Notes under the pieces: model-generated
What the model saw: the letters and a program-made list of their open reading frames with translations, nothing else
Told to the model about the DNA's origin: nothing
The model's database searches: none
Origin: Proteromonas lacertae
Lineage: Eukaryota
Direction: 5' to 3'
NCBI GenBank assembly: GCA_002245135.1
Contig: NGBS01000904.1
Coordinates: forward strand, 1 to 40,969
DNA length: 40,969 nucleotides
Shown here: positions 1 through 13,300 of the stretch, piece after piece
Layout: each line of letters begins with the position of its first letter
How positions within the stretch are numbered: the first letter of the stretch is position 1
Translations under genes and position numbers: made by a program

Positions 1-2992
1 TCAATCAGATATGAAAGCAATAAAATCTTTTACAATTCCTAAAATTAAAATAATAATGATTCCTTTGAGTGTAATTTACCAAGGTAGAAATTTTATATCA
101 GTAGAAATTCATGAGAATAAAGAAGTATTAAACAAAATTGATTCATTCTATTTGAGATTAGGAATAACTGATCCAATATATGATGAAAAGTTAATGACTC
201 CTAATATTGATGTAAATATTAATCATTATACTAAAAAAGAAGGTTTGAATTGGGCTAATCCTACTGGAATTCATGATGATTATGAAAATATAGGAACAAT
301 AAATAAATTCAACTATAATTATGGTATTGCTGATGTATTACCTTGGAATACAACAATCTCATTAAAGAGTGATGAAGCAAGATATGTGAATGTATTTAAG
401 TTAGCTGCTTGTACCAATTCTGCAGTTACTCATCCAAAGAGTATAATCGTATATGGATCAACAGATAAAGATAATCCAGATTGGGATGAGATATATCGAA
501 ATGAAGATTTGGTTTTGAATTAACAACAACTGCTGCTTCAATTAGTAGTTGTTCTGATCAAGTAACCATTACACTTTCCAACTTATAAATCATATGAATC
601 ATTTAAATTCACCATATTAACAACAGGTAGTTATAATAAATGGATTCAATTCAGATTATTAACATTTAGGCCAATCCAGACCAAAAGATATGTAAAGTGA
701 AGGAGAATATCCAAATGGATTTGGAAATGGTATAGTAAGAATTCCTTGTAATGAAATGGATTTAAAAGTCGAAAATGTAAAGAAAATGGTTATTGGGATA
801 GAGATATTGATGATAGTATGTGTAATGTTTATCCAACAATACCTCCACCAACTATACATCCTGATGATTCTTCATTAATAAATACTAATGATTTCTATTA
901 TACTGATACTCCTCAAAATGATTTATCTTGGATTTCTTATTTTAAACCTGATGAAGATGGTTGGATAAAAGCCAGCTAAATTTCCTATGATTTATACAAT
1001 AACCAGATATTATCGAAACACTTTTACTTTAAAAAGTAATTTAACAGCAATTAGTTATCCTACTTTTAAAAGCAGATTTTATCATGGAATTGTAGTATAT
1101 GTAAATGGAAAAGAAATATATCGAAAAAATATGCCTGATGGTGTTGTTAATTCTGAAACGTTAGCACTTGATCAAAATGGTTTTCTTGATGCATTTTTAA
1201 TTAGAATTCCTCCAAGTGTTCTTCAACAAGGAACAAACTATATAGCATTTGAAATGCATAAAATAGCTAAACCAGCTGGATATGGAGATTTATCTGAATC
1301 ATCTTTACAGGTATTAGAAAGTTTTAAAGATGAGATAATAGTTACACCAAATATTGATGTAGAAATAGAATCATTTCCACATACAGATGGTCTTTTAATC
1401 GATAATGAAACAGAATCAACAAGATATGATTATGATAATATGAAATCAATAAGTAAGTTTTTATATTATAAAGGAAATAATGAAACAATATCTTCTCAAA
1501 AAGATGTATTACCTTGGACAACCATAATCAAGTTTAAAGGATTTGAAGCACGATATTTTAATACATTCCGACTAAGTGGTTGTCTTGATGATGTTCAATC
1601 ATATCCAAATAATATAAAGATATTTGCAGCAACAGATAAAAAATATCCATATTGGGAAGAAATATATTCAAATACTAGTTTAAGCAATGGTCAAGAAGAA
1701 AGTTGTGAAAATCAATTATCAATTCCAATCGAGATTTATAAATCATATGAAATATTTAAAGTAGTTGTATATGATACAATAATATGGAAAGATTATATTC
1801 AATTTAAATCATTGATGTTTAGTCAAAATCGAATAAAAGTGTGTGAATCAGAAGGTGGTTATCCACAGACAGCTGGTGGTCTTACAGTTCGAATTGATTG
1901 TGATATAAGAGGATATGAAACTCGAAAATGTGGCTATGATGGAAAATGGTTAGAAGCTGATCTGAGTAATTGTGAAAAGAAAAACATGCCAACCACAATT
2001 GCTCCAACAACTCCAAAACCAACAACAATTCCTCCAACAACACAATCTCCTACCACACTAAATCCAACAACAATACAACCAACAATTCCTCCAACAACTC
2101 CAAAAGCAACTACTAATAGTCCAACAACGATTAAACCAACAATTATTTTACCCACAACACCAAAACCGATAGAAACAATAGATATTGAAATTAGATTGTC
2201 AAATATTAGCAACACCTACTCAACAGAATTGAATGAAAATGATAAGGATATTATAAAAGATTCAATAATCGAAATATACAAAAGAGAAGGTATAACATTA
2301 AAAAGAGAAGATATTGAAGTAACTAATATTGAGAATGATAAACAATTGTTATTAAGAGGATTAGCTAATGAAATGAAATTTGAAGTTACAATAACAGTTC
2401 CAGAAGAATCAACTAAAGAAGTAATAATCGAAATAGCCGAAAAATTATTGAATAATAAAAAGTTACATGAAAAAATCAAAACAATATCTGATTCATCTGA
2501 AGAAAAAACAATCTTTAAAGATGCTAATGTTGATGTAATTGGAGTAGAAAATAAAACAATATATCCATCCAATCAAGATAATATAGGAGGTAAAGATGAT
2601 AATAATAGTGATGGTGGTAGTTTATCAGCTATTGTAATAGTAATAATAATAGCCGTTGTTGTATTTATTATAGTAGTTATTGCTGCAATACTTGTGATTC
2701 GAAGAAAAAGAATAACTGTCATTCATGATCCAGAAATAACAACTAACAAAGCAAATCCCAAACCAAAAAAACAGAATCTTTAGATGATGATAAATGGGCT
2801 ATTAAAGTTGATAGAAAAGTAAAAAGGACTGTTGAATTGACAGAAATTGATGATAAATCAAAAATAAGTGATGTAAAGAAAGAGAATGATGATAGTGTAG
2901 AAACTATAGAAGTAATCCATCGTAACCAATAGTAAATAACAAAAATCAAACCTCACTTCCTCTTAGAAGAAAGAAAAGCACATAAAGAGTAA
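1..2992 (+). pseudogene. Modular type I membrane/surface protein (repeated jelly-roll/discoidin-like and Cys-rich modules, Pro/Thr stalk, TM helix); 5' partial, many frameshifts
   Basis: ORFs 11-523 and 987-2783 contain homologous blocks (TPNIDV...LPW.T.I..K..EARY.N.F.L..C...W.EIY.N). Bases 523-987 encode the same module across several 1-nt frameshifts. PTT repeats and a hydrophobic TM (AIVIVIIIAVVVFIIVVIAAILVI-RRKR) follow. The tail continues in shifted frames to ~2932-2992. Domain names come from motif resemblance only. Confidence 0.7.
1989..2170 (+). repeat. Coding Pro/Thr-rich imperfect repeats (mucin-like stalk)
   Basis: Repeated CCAACAAC units encoding PTTIAPTTPKPTTIPPTT... Confidence 0.85.
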
Positions 2993-3208
2993 TACTTTTA
3001 TATCGTTTGTGAAATTATATTATATTTCATTTGTTATTTTAGATATGTGTGTATATGTTAGTATAAAAGAGAAAATAGAGCTATTAATTGAATTATTCTG
3101 TTTTTAAAATCTTGGGTTAATGAAAATAAGTTTGGTTCAGCTTGTTTTCATAGAAAGTTCGAAGTAAGCTTGCTATATTTACATAAAAATTCTATTTACA
3201 TAAACAGT

Positions 3209-6200
3209 ATGAAAGCAATTAGAGAGATTAATGATGAAGGGTATATATTATAATGTTTACTATATAGGTTATACTCTGAAATGATTAAAGAAGGGTTTAC
3301 TGACGTTGTTTTTATGATCGAAAATGAAGAATTCGCTTCAGTTTCTTCAATTTTATGTGTATCAAATCCAAAGTTAAAAAACATTATAAAAGAAAGTAAA
3401 GAGAGTGATAAAATCCCTCTTCCTGATCAAATAACCAAGAGAGCATTTTCACTATTATGCGATTATTATGGTTATGGAACAATTGAAATAAACAATGAAA
3501 ATGTGAATGAATTGTTGTTATGTTGTCATCTTTTAAATGAAGAACGTCTGTACAATAAATGTGAGAAATATATTAAATCTAATACAAGTAAAGAAATAGT
3601 GATTAAAATGTTAGATCAAATTAAATACTTTCAAGGCAATTTATCAAATGATCTTGAAACAACAATTAAGGATTATATTAGATATAATTGTATGTTAATT
3701 CTTGATGACAATGATATTTTTAGAACATTAAATCTTAACTGTATGAAGTATATCATTACTGTTGAAAATTTATTAATTCCAAGTGAGAAATATTTATTAG
3801 ATAGAATCTTAAAACATTACCATGAAAATATGGAAAGAATAGAAAATAAAGAAGAAGAGTATAATGCAATAATGAAGTATTTGAACTGGAAAGAAATAGA
3901 TATAGATGAAATTGATGAAATAGACTTGGATTTAATAGATATAAAGACAATTAAGAAAAGCAAATCAGAAAAGCCAATAAGAAGAAAATATGCAAGAATT
4001 GCTAGTACAAAGAATGTGAAGTTAAATGAAATGATAATGAATGGATTTAAGGATATAGATTCAATAAATGAGTTGTTTTGTATAACTTATTTTGTTATTT
4101 TATTCCTATAGATGAAGATTGTGAATATGTTTTATCAACATATAATTTACTAAAAGAAATTAGTTGTTTTTTAAAAGACAGTAAATATTTGTTAGAAATA
4201 ATAACCATTTTAAGAATAACAAAGAGACTGGAATTAAAAATAAATCAATTAACAATTAATGAAGAAGAGAAAGAGAGGATAACTAAATTGTTAGTAAAAT
4301 TGTATGAAGAGAATGAAGAAGAAAAATCATTAGTAATAGAATGTCTATCTTATTTCTTAGATGATAGTATATATAAATAATATAATAATATAATATTATA
4401 GAATCAGTTATTGAGACAATACGTTATTGTATAGGAGATACAATCCTCTCAGAATTATTAAATTATGATAAGGTTGAAAATGGTTTAAGCATAATAGGAT
4501 ATATAAAAAACAATCTTAATGAGAATAAGAGATCTTTTGTAGCATCAAAGATTAAAAATGAAGCTATTAAACAGATTATATTGTCAAAAAGCGATATAAA
4601 TTATGAAAGTAGAATTTTCAAATCTAATACAATTAGTCATTCAAATGATTTATTAGACAACTGCATTAAAGTATTAGATGATTCAAAGATTGATATTACA
4701 GTGGAGAATTGTGTTGATTTGCTAATTGTATCTGTTACTATGAATATACAAAACCTTAGAAATGAGACATCTGAGTATTATTTTCTATTTAATATCTTAG
4801 TTTCATTATTAATAACATTAATGAAGAAATTGTAACTAATTTTTTAAATAATCTTGAAACAGCAACGAAAGTAGATATAGTGGAAGAAAAAGTTGTAGAA
4901 TATTTAGTTTTAAATGGATATAAATATTTTGATATAGATCATATATATAAATTATCAATTCAGCAACTGTTTTATATTTGTCAAATTGAAGATATGCTTA
5001 TTCCATCAGAAAAGTATTTGTTAGGTAGGATTATAGATTACTATAATGAAACTGTAAAGAAGTATTCCGGCGTTGATAGAGATGTATTTACTGATAATAT
5101 AAAAAGCATAATATAATTTATGAATCTTGATGAAGAAGGTATAAATGAAATGAAGAATTTAGGGTTATATGAAAATAAAGATGGCAGTGAACGAATTAAT
5201 AGAATTTATTTCAGTATATATATAATACTATTATAATTTATTAAATAGATCCATGTTTAAATGATATTGTTAACTTCAGTTTAATTAGCCTATATAAGAG
5301 TGATAAATATGCTTTTCATTTACCTGAAGATATGATACAGTCTTTAATAAGAATAGATAATCTAGTTGATGTTATTACACCTATATTTACAAATGGAGAA
5401 ATAAACGATAAAACATTTTTAAATTGTTTGACTATCTTGTTAGAATGTCATATTATACAACCATTCAAATCACAAATGGAATGTCATTACTGTTTTACAA
5501 GATTATTAAGTCTATATGATATGGTTATTGAGAATGAAGAATTGAATTACTGTGAAAATAACATCTTAGAGTGTTGTTTACTCTTTGCATCACAATGTAT
5601 TTATGTTTTTATTATATATTATATATAGATCCTGATACTCTAAGAGAGAAATTGGGTAGTGAAAAGCTTGTATCAATATTACGATATTTTGGTGTATTAC
5701 ATGATCTGGATGTTGTTAGGATATGTGAATGTTTGCAGAATGTTTGTAGTGCAGATGATTTTAGAAGCTTACATGGATTATTAAATGTGAATTTAATAGA
5801 AGATCAACAATTCTGGGAATATATTTGTCAATTCGTTAATAATGAAAATCAAAATATAGATGTTAATCCTCAAGAAGATATTATGGCACCTCAACCTATT
5901 CCTGCTATTTCTAATGGATATATATATCCTCCAGCTCAATATATACCTCAATATCCAATTCAACAGTATGAAAGATCAACATTCTTAACACAACAACAAC
6001 AACAGTATTTATTACCATTACCACCTCCATCACCAAATATGATGAATAACCATTCAAGACTTGTTCCTCCTCCTCCACCACCACTATCACAAGATATGGT
6101 GAATATACAACAATCAGGATTCATACCAAAACACGAAATGGGAAGTAATAATATACAGCAAGGATTTATTCCACCACTAGATAATATGCAACAAATGCAA

Positions 6201-6221
6201 ATAATACCAGTTTATCCATAA
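3209..6221 (+). CDS. BTB/POZ-BACK domain protein (two modules, Pro/Gln-rich tail); 6 short introns; one in-frame TAA at 5114-5116
   Basis: BTB-like motif FTDVVFMIENEEF...ILCVSNPKLK...AFSLLCDYYGYGTIEINNENVNELL and BACK-like LLIPSEKYLL (present twice). Frame-restoring GT-AG introns at 3241-3267, 4080-4111, 4367-4401, 4775-4800, 5214-5248 and 5597-5628 join the separate ORFs. Confidence 0.8.
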
Positions 6222-6373
6222 TTAATAAGCTAACACCTCGTAAGATTAAATTTCTAATGCAATAATTATAATTTATTTTATTATATGATGTTTATTTGAT
6301 GAGACTTATAGTGCATATTATTTAATTAAAAATCCTAGCATACATTTCATAAAGCTTGAGAAAAAAACAAAAA

Positions 6374-8394
6374 ATGAAAATGAGAGTAATAAAAGGTGTT
6401 GCTGATAATGGGTATGATATATATGTATGATATATAATAGACTATATTCAAAAATGATGAATGAAGGGTATAACGACATAGTTTTGATGATTGAGAATGA
6501 AGAAATCCCTTCCATTTCTTCGATTTTATGTGTATCGAATGAAAGATTGAAAAGTTTGATAAAAGATGAAAAAGCTGAAGAGAAAGTGTTACTTCCTGAT
6601 CAAGTGACAAAGAAAGCGTTTTCATTGTTATGTGATTATTATGGATATGGAATAGTAGAATTAGAAGAATCAAATGTTGTAGAATTGTTGTTATGTTGTG
6701 TTTGTTTAAATGAAGAAGATTTATTAAATGAATGTATTATATTTATAGAATGCCATCTAAACAACGGATTGGTGATTGAAATACTGAATAAGATAGATTA
6801 CATTCCCAATAATTTAGTAGATTTTCGAAATAGAGTAAATGATTATATTCGATTGAATTGTGCTTGCTTATTTGATGATACAAGAATATTTAAAAGATTA
6901 ACTCTCGATAATTTAAAGTATATCATTACTCTTGAAGACTTATTGATTCCAAGTGAGAAATACTTATTAGAAAAGATATTAAACCACTATCATAAGAATA
7001 ATGAAAAAATGGAGAATAAAGAAGAAGAATATAATGATGTGATGAAATATTTAAACTGGAAAGTTATTAGGAATGATGAATTAGAAGAAAAAGATTTGGA
7101 TATAATCGATATGAATATAATGAAAAAAGCAATATTCAAAAGTTCAATAAAAAGAAAATATGGAAGAATTCCAAAAACGAATAATGCATTATTGAATGAA
7201 ATGATATTGAATGGATTTAAAGATATTGATGTTATTAAAAGAATGTTATGTATAATATTATACATTATTAATATTATATTATATTAAATAGATGAAGATT
7301 ATGAATGTTTATTATCCACTGAAAATATAAAAGAAGAAATAAGCAATTACTTAAAAGAAATTAAATATGTATTAGAAATACTAACAATATTAAGAATAAT
7401 GAAAAGAATGGATATAAAAAAGAATGATTTAACTCTTAATGATGAAGAGCTAAATGATATAATAGAATTGTTGACAGAGAAGTATAAAGAAAATAGAGAA
7501 GAAGAAAAGAAAATGACAATAGAATGTTTATCATATTTCATAGATGGTAATATATTTTCTAAAAAATATAATGATATAAAACCGTTGATTGAATCAATCC
7601 CTAAATCAATAAGATATTTAATTCTAACAGAAATGTTAAATGATAAGCAGATTGAAGATAAAACCAATATAATTAAATATGTTGCAAATGATGATGATGA
7701 AAAAGAAAAGCAATTGATAATATCAAATGTAGATGATGAAGAAATTAAAGAAATGATAATATCAAAGAGTTATATAATATCAGTTGATATAACTATAGAT
7801 GTATTGAGATATATATGTGATTTAGTAATTATTGAAAACGTTTTAAAGAAATCTGAAATGATTAGAATAAAGAATGAAAATCTAGTTAATGAATTTAAAA
7901 AGAAAGCGTATGAAAGATTTGGTGTAACAGAAGAAGAAATGGAAAGAGCCATATCAGAATATGCTGATGTGAAAGTAGTAAAACATTATTTAATTTTAAT
8001 AAATCACATATCAGATAAACCACCAGAATGTGAAATACCAGAAGTTTTAACAAAAGAAGTTGTATTGGATATTAATAAAGAATGGTTTTCAAATATGATA
8101 AAAGTGATGGAAGGACAATTAAATGAAATGGCTAAACAAAGAAACATTTCAATAGAAGAGTTTAAAAATATTATTAACGAAGATAAAAACTTGAGTAATA
8201 GTATAGCAACAAAAATAGTAGAAAAAGGATTAGATTGTCACTATAACACCCTTAAAAAGCACAATATTACTTTGCTTGAATTTATCAATGCAAATAAAAA
8301 ATATGAGTATGATCTTATATTTGATATAAAAATACAAGAAATGAAGGAAAGATTTTTATCAGAAATGAATATGTTGAGAAAAATGATGTTATAA
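6374..8394 (+). CDS. BTB/POZ-BACK domain protein, tandem paralog with a different C-terminus
   Basis: N-terminal part is clearly similar to the 3209 gene (SSILCVSN, LPDQ.TK.AFSLLCDYYGYG, LLIPSEKYLL, ENKEEEYN). Introns at 6412-6440 and 7250-7291 lie at the same positions as in the paralog. Confidence 0.85.
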
Positions 8395-8466
8395 AGTAGT
8401 TTAAAATATATAAAAAGCTAATAATGAAATAACATTCTATTATTATTGTTCATTATTTTTATTTAT

Positions 8467-9670
8467 TCATAAACAACCACAACATAAACAATTTGATTTG
8501 ACAATATTTTCACCATCATATCCAGGAAAATATCTAATTGGAATAAAACCATCTTCATTACTCATCTCATTTTCTATCAATTCATCTTCATAATACACTT
8601 TATAATAATATTCTTTATTCTTCATATTTTCATATAGCTCAATGTCGATATGAGAATAATAAGGAGGTTTTATATTCTCATATTTTTTGTTCAATACTGT
8701 TAACATTGTATATAATGTTGTATCATGTCCACTGTAAGTCACAAATAAAGGAATATTATTTTCATTCTCTTTCTTTTTATTGTTCATTGTTATTTTCATA
8801 TATTTATATATTGTTTTATAAGCTTCATTAGTTAGATTTTTCTTCATATTTGGTATTGAATAAATCATTTTTCGATATATTTGAGCCATATCAAACACTT
8901 TATGTATATATGGTTCATATACTGATTCTAGAAATACATTGTGAGCTTTTAAGGTTGTAAATAAATCATCAAAACTATCCCAACTGATATGATGAGTGAA
9001 TGCTGGAAATAATTTACTTAATTCTATTAAGCATTGTTGATTTTCATTTGATATTTTAACCCATTTTTCTTCAGCTTCTTTTATATCATCATAACTATAA
9101 GGATGATTAAGAAAACTGTTTTCATCTATCATCACATTGATTGAAGGATAATTATCTTTTCTATTTATACTACCATCTTCAGCATTTATATCAAAAAAAC
9201 CACTCATCAAACTTTGACAACTTAGAATTGTTCTTTTTCTGAAGGTTGAATAGCAAATTATACTGTTTGGATAAGTACACTTGTCAAATAAACTCTGATA
9301 TCTTGTTCTCTATATTAATATATGTATGAATATATGAAATACTAATTTTACTCCCAGATTAAACAGTTGAGTCAAACCAATTTTAGTTAGTTCTCCATAA
9401 GGTGAAGTAAATGGGTACTTAGGATAAATAGAAGGTATGAATAGCCTGTTGTAAGTATTAACTTGTGGTTCAGTGACAACCTAAAAAATAAATATGACTA
9501 TCTTATACTTGACCATCCCAGTAACTAAAAAATTCAGACTCTTTTGCTGTTCTTTCAAAAGGATTTCGATATGGTGCTCTATCGCCATGCCTGTGAATTA
9601 TTTGGGCTTGTCTAGATTATGCATAAGCATTATATCAATACCTCAGTACAAAATCGCCAGTTTGACTCAT
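8467..9670 (-). CDS. Histidine acid phosphatase (His_Phos_2 family), 3 introns
   Basis: Spliced translation MSQTGDFVLRQAQIIHRHGDRAPYR contains the RHGxRxP motif, followed by GELTKIG, RT and the HD motif (SGHDTT). Introns at 9612-9641, 9481-9508 and 9310-9342 restore the frame. Confidence 0.92.
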
Positions 9671-10332
9671 ATTTCAAAAGATGCTGTTTAAAAGAAAAGA
9701 AGTGTAAAATAAAAGCCGATTGTTTTATTGTATAGATTATGTGTACAATTTCTATTTTTTAAAGTACATATATATACTGTTATAATGGAAAGTAGAATTA
9801 GATTTGATGAAAACTGAATAACAATAAAATAGTAATATATCTGCATAATGTAGTTTAATATGTTTCTTTAGCGTATTATTTTTAAATAAATACCTCACAA
9901 TGAGATTATTTAAATTCTTTTACTTAATATACAACTTAAAAACTTATTGTATACTACATATTGTCATAGATTAACATATTCATGTTTATATTTCTTACAC
10001 ATTCAATATCTCATTTTAACTCTAAATTTCAACCACATATTTATTTATAATTTTAATAATACATTTATTTCGACAAAAATATGTTCATTGCTGTAAATTA
10101 TTTTATAATACACTCTTATTTTATGCTAATTTCGTACTTTTATGTTTATTGTGTATATGCAGTATTTGGTCTATTAATAACCACATATCACTGTAAAACC
10201 ATAATATTATACCTACATGTAGAGAAAATGAGATTAGTAATTTGAATTTTCAAATACAAGCCAAGCTCAAAAACTGTTTCTGGCTTATTAAATCCATTAT
10301 TTCATAACACAAATTTATTTATTGACTTATTT

Positions 10333-13300
10333 ATGTCTCAATCTGCTAGAACTGCACCAAGGGAAATATCCATTGATGGAAGTGTTAGTTTTAGTCCAAG
10401 AGAATTACCAGAATGGTCAAAGAAGAAAGTAAAGGATCATAGAAGAGAAGAATATTTATCTTCTACTTTAGAAGAAGGATCCGTGCTTTATCATAAGCAG
10501 AACCATCGTATTCTATACGAATCAAAAGGACCAAACAATATTCCACGTAAATATCAAAAACCAGGTATAGCTGCACGCAGAAATCACATATCTTACAAAG
10601 AAGCAGGTATAAAACCATTCCCTGTCTCAGAACACACTAAATTACGTAATTATCATCCAATATCCATTATCCCATCAGATAATTCATATATACCACATCC
10701 TCCAGAATCGGAATCACCTCGTTTAATGTCTTCATTAGAATTAACTAGATCTACCTATGCAGAGTCAATAGACAATCCTATTCCAGATTTACCAATGTTA
10801 AAATCAGTATTATTTGATGAAAATCCATCGCTTATTGACTGGAACCCTCCAGTTTATGATAGATACTATTTAAAGATAGATTCCTCCAAATTACCACCAT
10901 TAGAAGAATTCGATGATATTTCCTCAGAGTCTCATACACCAGAAGAGTGGTTACAAATCTGTACAACAGGTAAATCACCGTATTATGGAGATGGTGGTTG
11001 GAAATGGGCAGAGTGTGATATAAAATCATACAATCCATCTACAAAGCGTTATTCAATAGAATACAAATTTTTAAACCATATAAAGCGTGAAGTGTCAAGA
11101 TTCAATTTAATCTTTGATGATGAGGATGAACAGCTGTTCCGTCAGAGAGTAAGAGATGCAATGGAAAGAAGAGAAGAGTTTAAGCAGAATATGAGATATC
11201 AATACTACCTCGATAGTGCATTACCTCCAATTACATCAATCGCAGACGAATGGTTAGATAACATTTACGAAATGGTGATATCACAACCACTGCTTAAAAA
11301 TCCTAATAAAGATTCATTAGCATCATTAGGAAAAGAAATAAAACAAAGATACGATACTTCAATGAAAGTTGCTTCATTATTAGTTCAATTGAAGTTTGAT
11401 AATGATTTGTTTCAAACATATTTGACTTATGGCTTGCCACTACCAGAAGATCCAAGCTTGAAGAAGTTCGTCCCAGTTCCTGTCCCATATTACAACTTCC
11501 AGGAATATAAAGAACCAATTAATACTAGTTGTATAGTCAATCCAAATTTGATTGAATTATTTCATAGTTGTTATAAAGCTTATCAAACTAAAATTGGTGA
11601 TAAAGTATATATATAATATATATTATTATTATTATTTATTATTATATTATAAATAGTTATTATTCGATGCAGAACTAACCAATTTACCTATTCCAGTAAA
11701 TTTGAAAGTATTTGAAGAATATCAAATCAAAGTTTGTGATGAATTAATCGAATTAATAAGAGATAAATGGTACACAGCTTGTTTTGAATTTGCTCAAGAT
11801 TATTTATTAGATCAATATAACTTTTATATGGCAGAAATAGATGAATATAATGAATCTGAGTTGAAACAAGTGTTGAAATTATTCAATGATCGATTATCAA
11901 CTACTTTAAGAGATTTATTGATAAATACAATCAATTCATTGATTGAGTTTATGTTGAAATATAAACCTGTAAAATATAATGAAACAGATCGAGAAATTGA
12001 TAATTATTCCACTGTAAATAGTGAATATGAGGAATATAGAAAGAGAGAAGAAGAGAAGGAAAGAAAACGATTAGAAGAAGAAGAACGTAAAAGAAAAGAA
12101 GCTGAAGAAAAAGCTAAAAAAGAAGCTGAAGAAAAAGCTAAAAAGAATAAAAAGAAGAATAACATGGATATGGATATGGAACAACAACAACAGCAGCAAC
12201 AACAACAAGATGATGAAGAAGAAGAGAAAATGCGAAAAGAGAAAGAGAATGAAATAATTCGTCCATCTACTCCTGATTGTTTTAAACCATATGAATTCTA
12301 CTATATTCGTCCTCCTGAAGATACTACATGGTGTAGTTGGAATGATTGTTTATTAGATATTCACTTAGTTCCTGTTGATAAAGAAGTGATGCTTTCTAAT
12401 ACAAAAGATGATATTTTAGAGACATTTTTACATATTTTAAATCATATTTTAGAGAAAATCCAATCATTTGATCGATTAGATACTGAATTAATGAGGTTAG
12501 TAACAATTCCTCCAACTAAATTAATACGAATTGAAGTAGATGATCCACAGTTTGTATATGTAGATGAATTGATTGATAAAGCAAAAGATATTATTACAGA
12601 AGTTGTAGAATCAAGTTGTAATGGCCCTAATATATTATGTAATAGATATAGTTATTATTCTAAAGCATATATTCAAATATTAGAATATACATTACCATAT
12701 ACTGGTATTAAAGATTTAGATGATATATTACATGAATTACAGAAATTAACTTATGGTAAACACAACATAGAAAATGAATCATTTGATATTGAAAGGTTTG
12801 GCTTGGTGAATTTAACAACTCGTGAAACCAAGGATTATTATTTGAATCAGTTTACTAATAAAATGAATTATTATTTCGATTTAATCTCTTCAGTTGGTCA
12901 ACAACAATTAGAAGATGTGAATAATGAATATGAAAAGTTATTAAAGCAAATTACCTTCAGACCAAATAATGAAGATGAATTTAAGAAAGTAAAAGAAGAT
13001 ATATCTAACTTAGAAAGTAATATAAATGTACTGATAGCTCAAGTTGAAGATATACATCATTGTTTAACTTCTATTTATCAATTCTATTATTCATTACCTG
13101 AAGAAACATTCAATTTATCATATGATGTAATGAAATGGCCAGCCACTTTGAGAGACACAAAGCAAACGTGTTTGAGAAAAATGATGAAGAGAAAGACTCA
13201 AATGATGGAACAATTGGAGCAAGATAAAGAGTTATTTAATATAGAAGTTGCTCAATTTATACCAGAAGTGAAATCATTCTATATGGCAGGAGATTGGGAA

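Noticed and set aside
9671..10332. Intergenic region between the phosphatase and dynein as a bidirectional promoter
   Set aside because: Plausible from the divergent layout, but no specific motif can be supported in this AT-rich DNA.
12040..12250. EEK/poly-Q repeats in dynein
   Set aside because: Ordinary low-complexity coding insertion.
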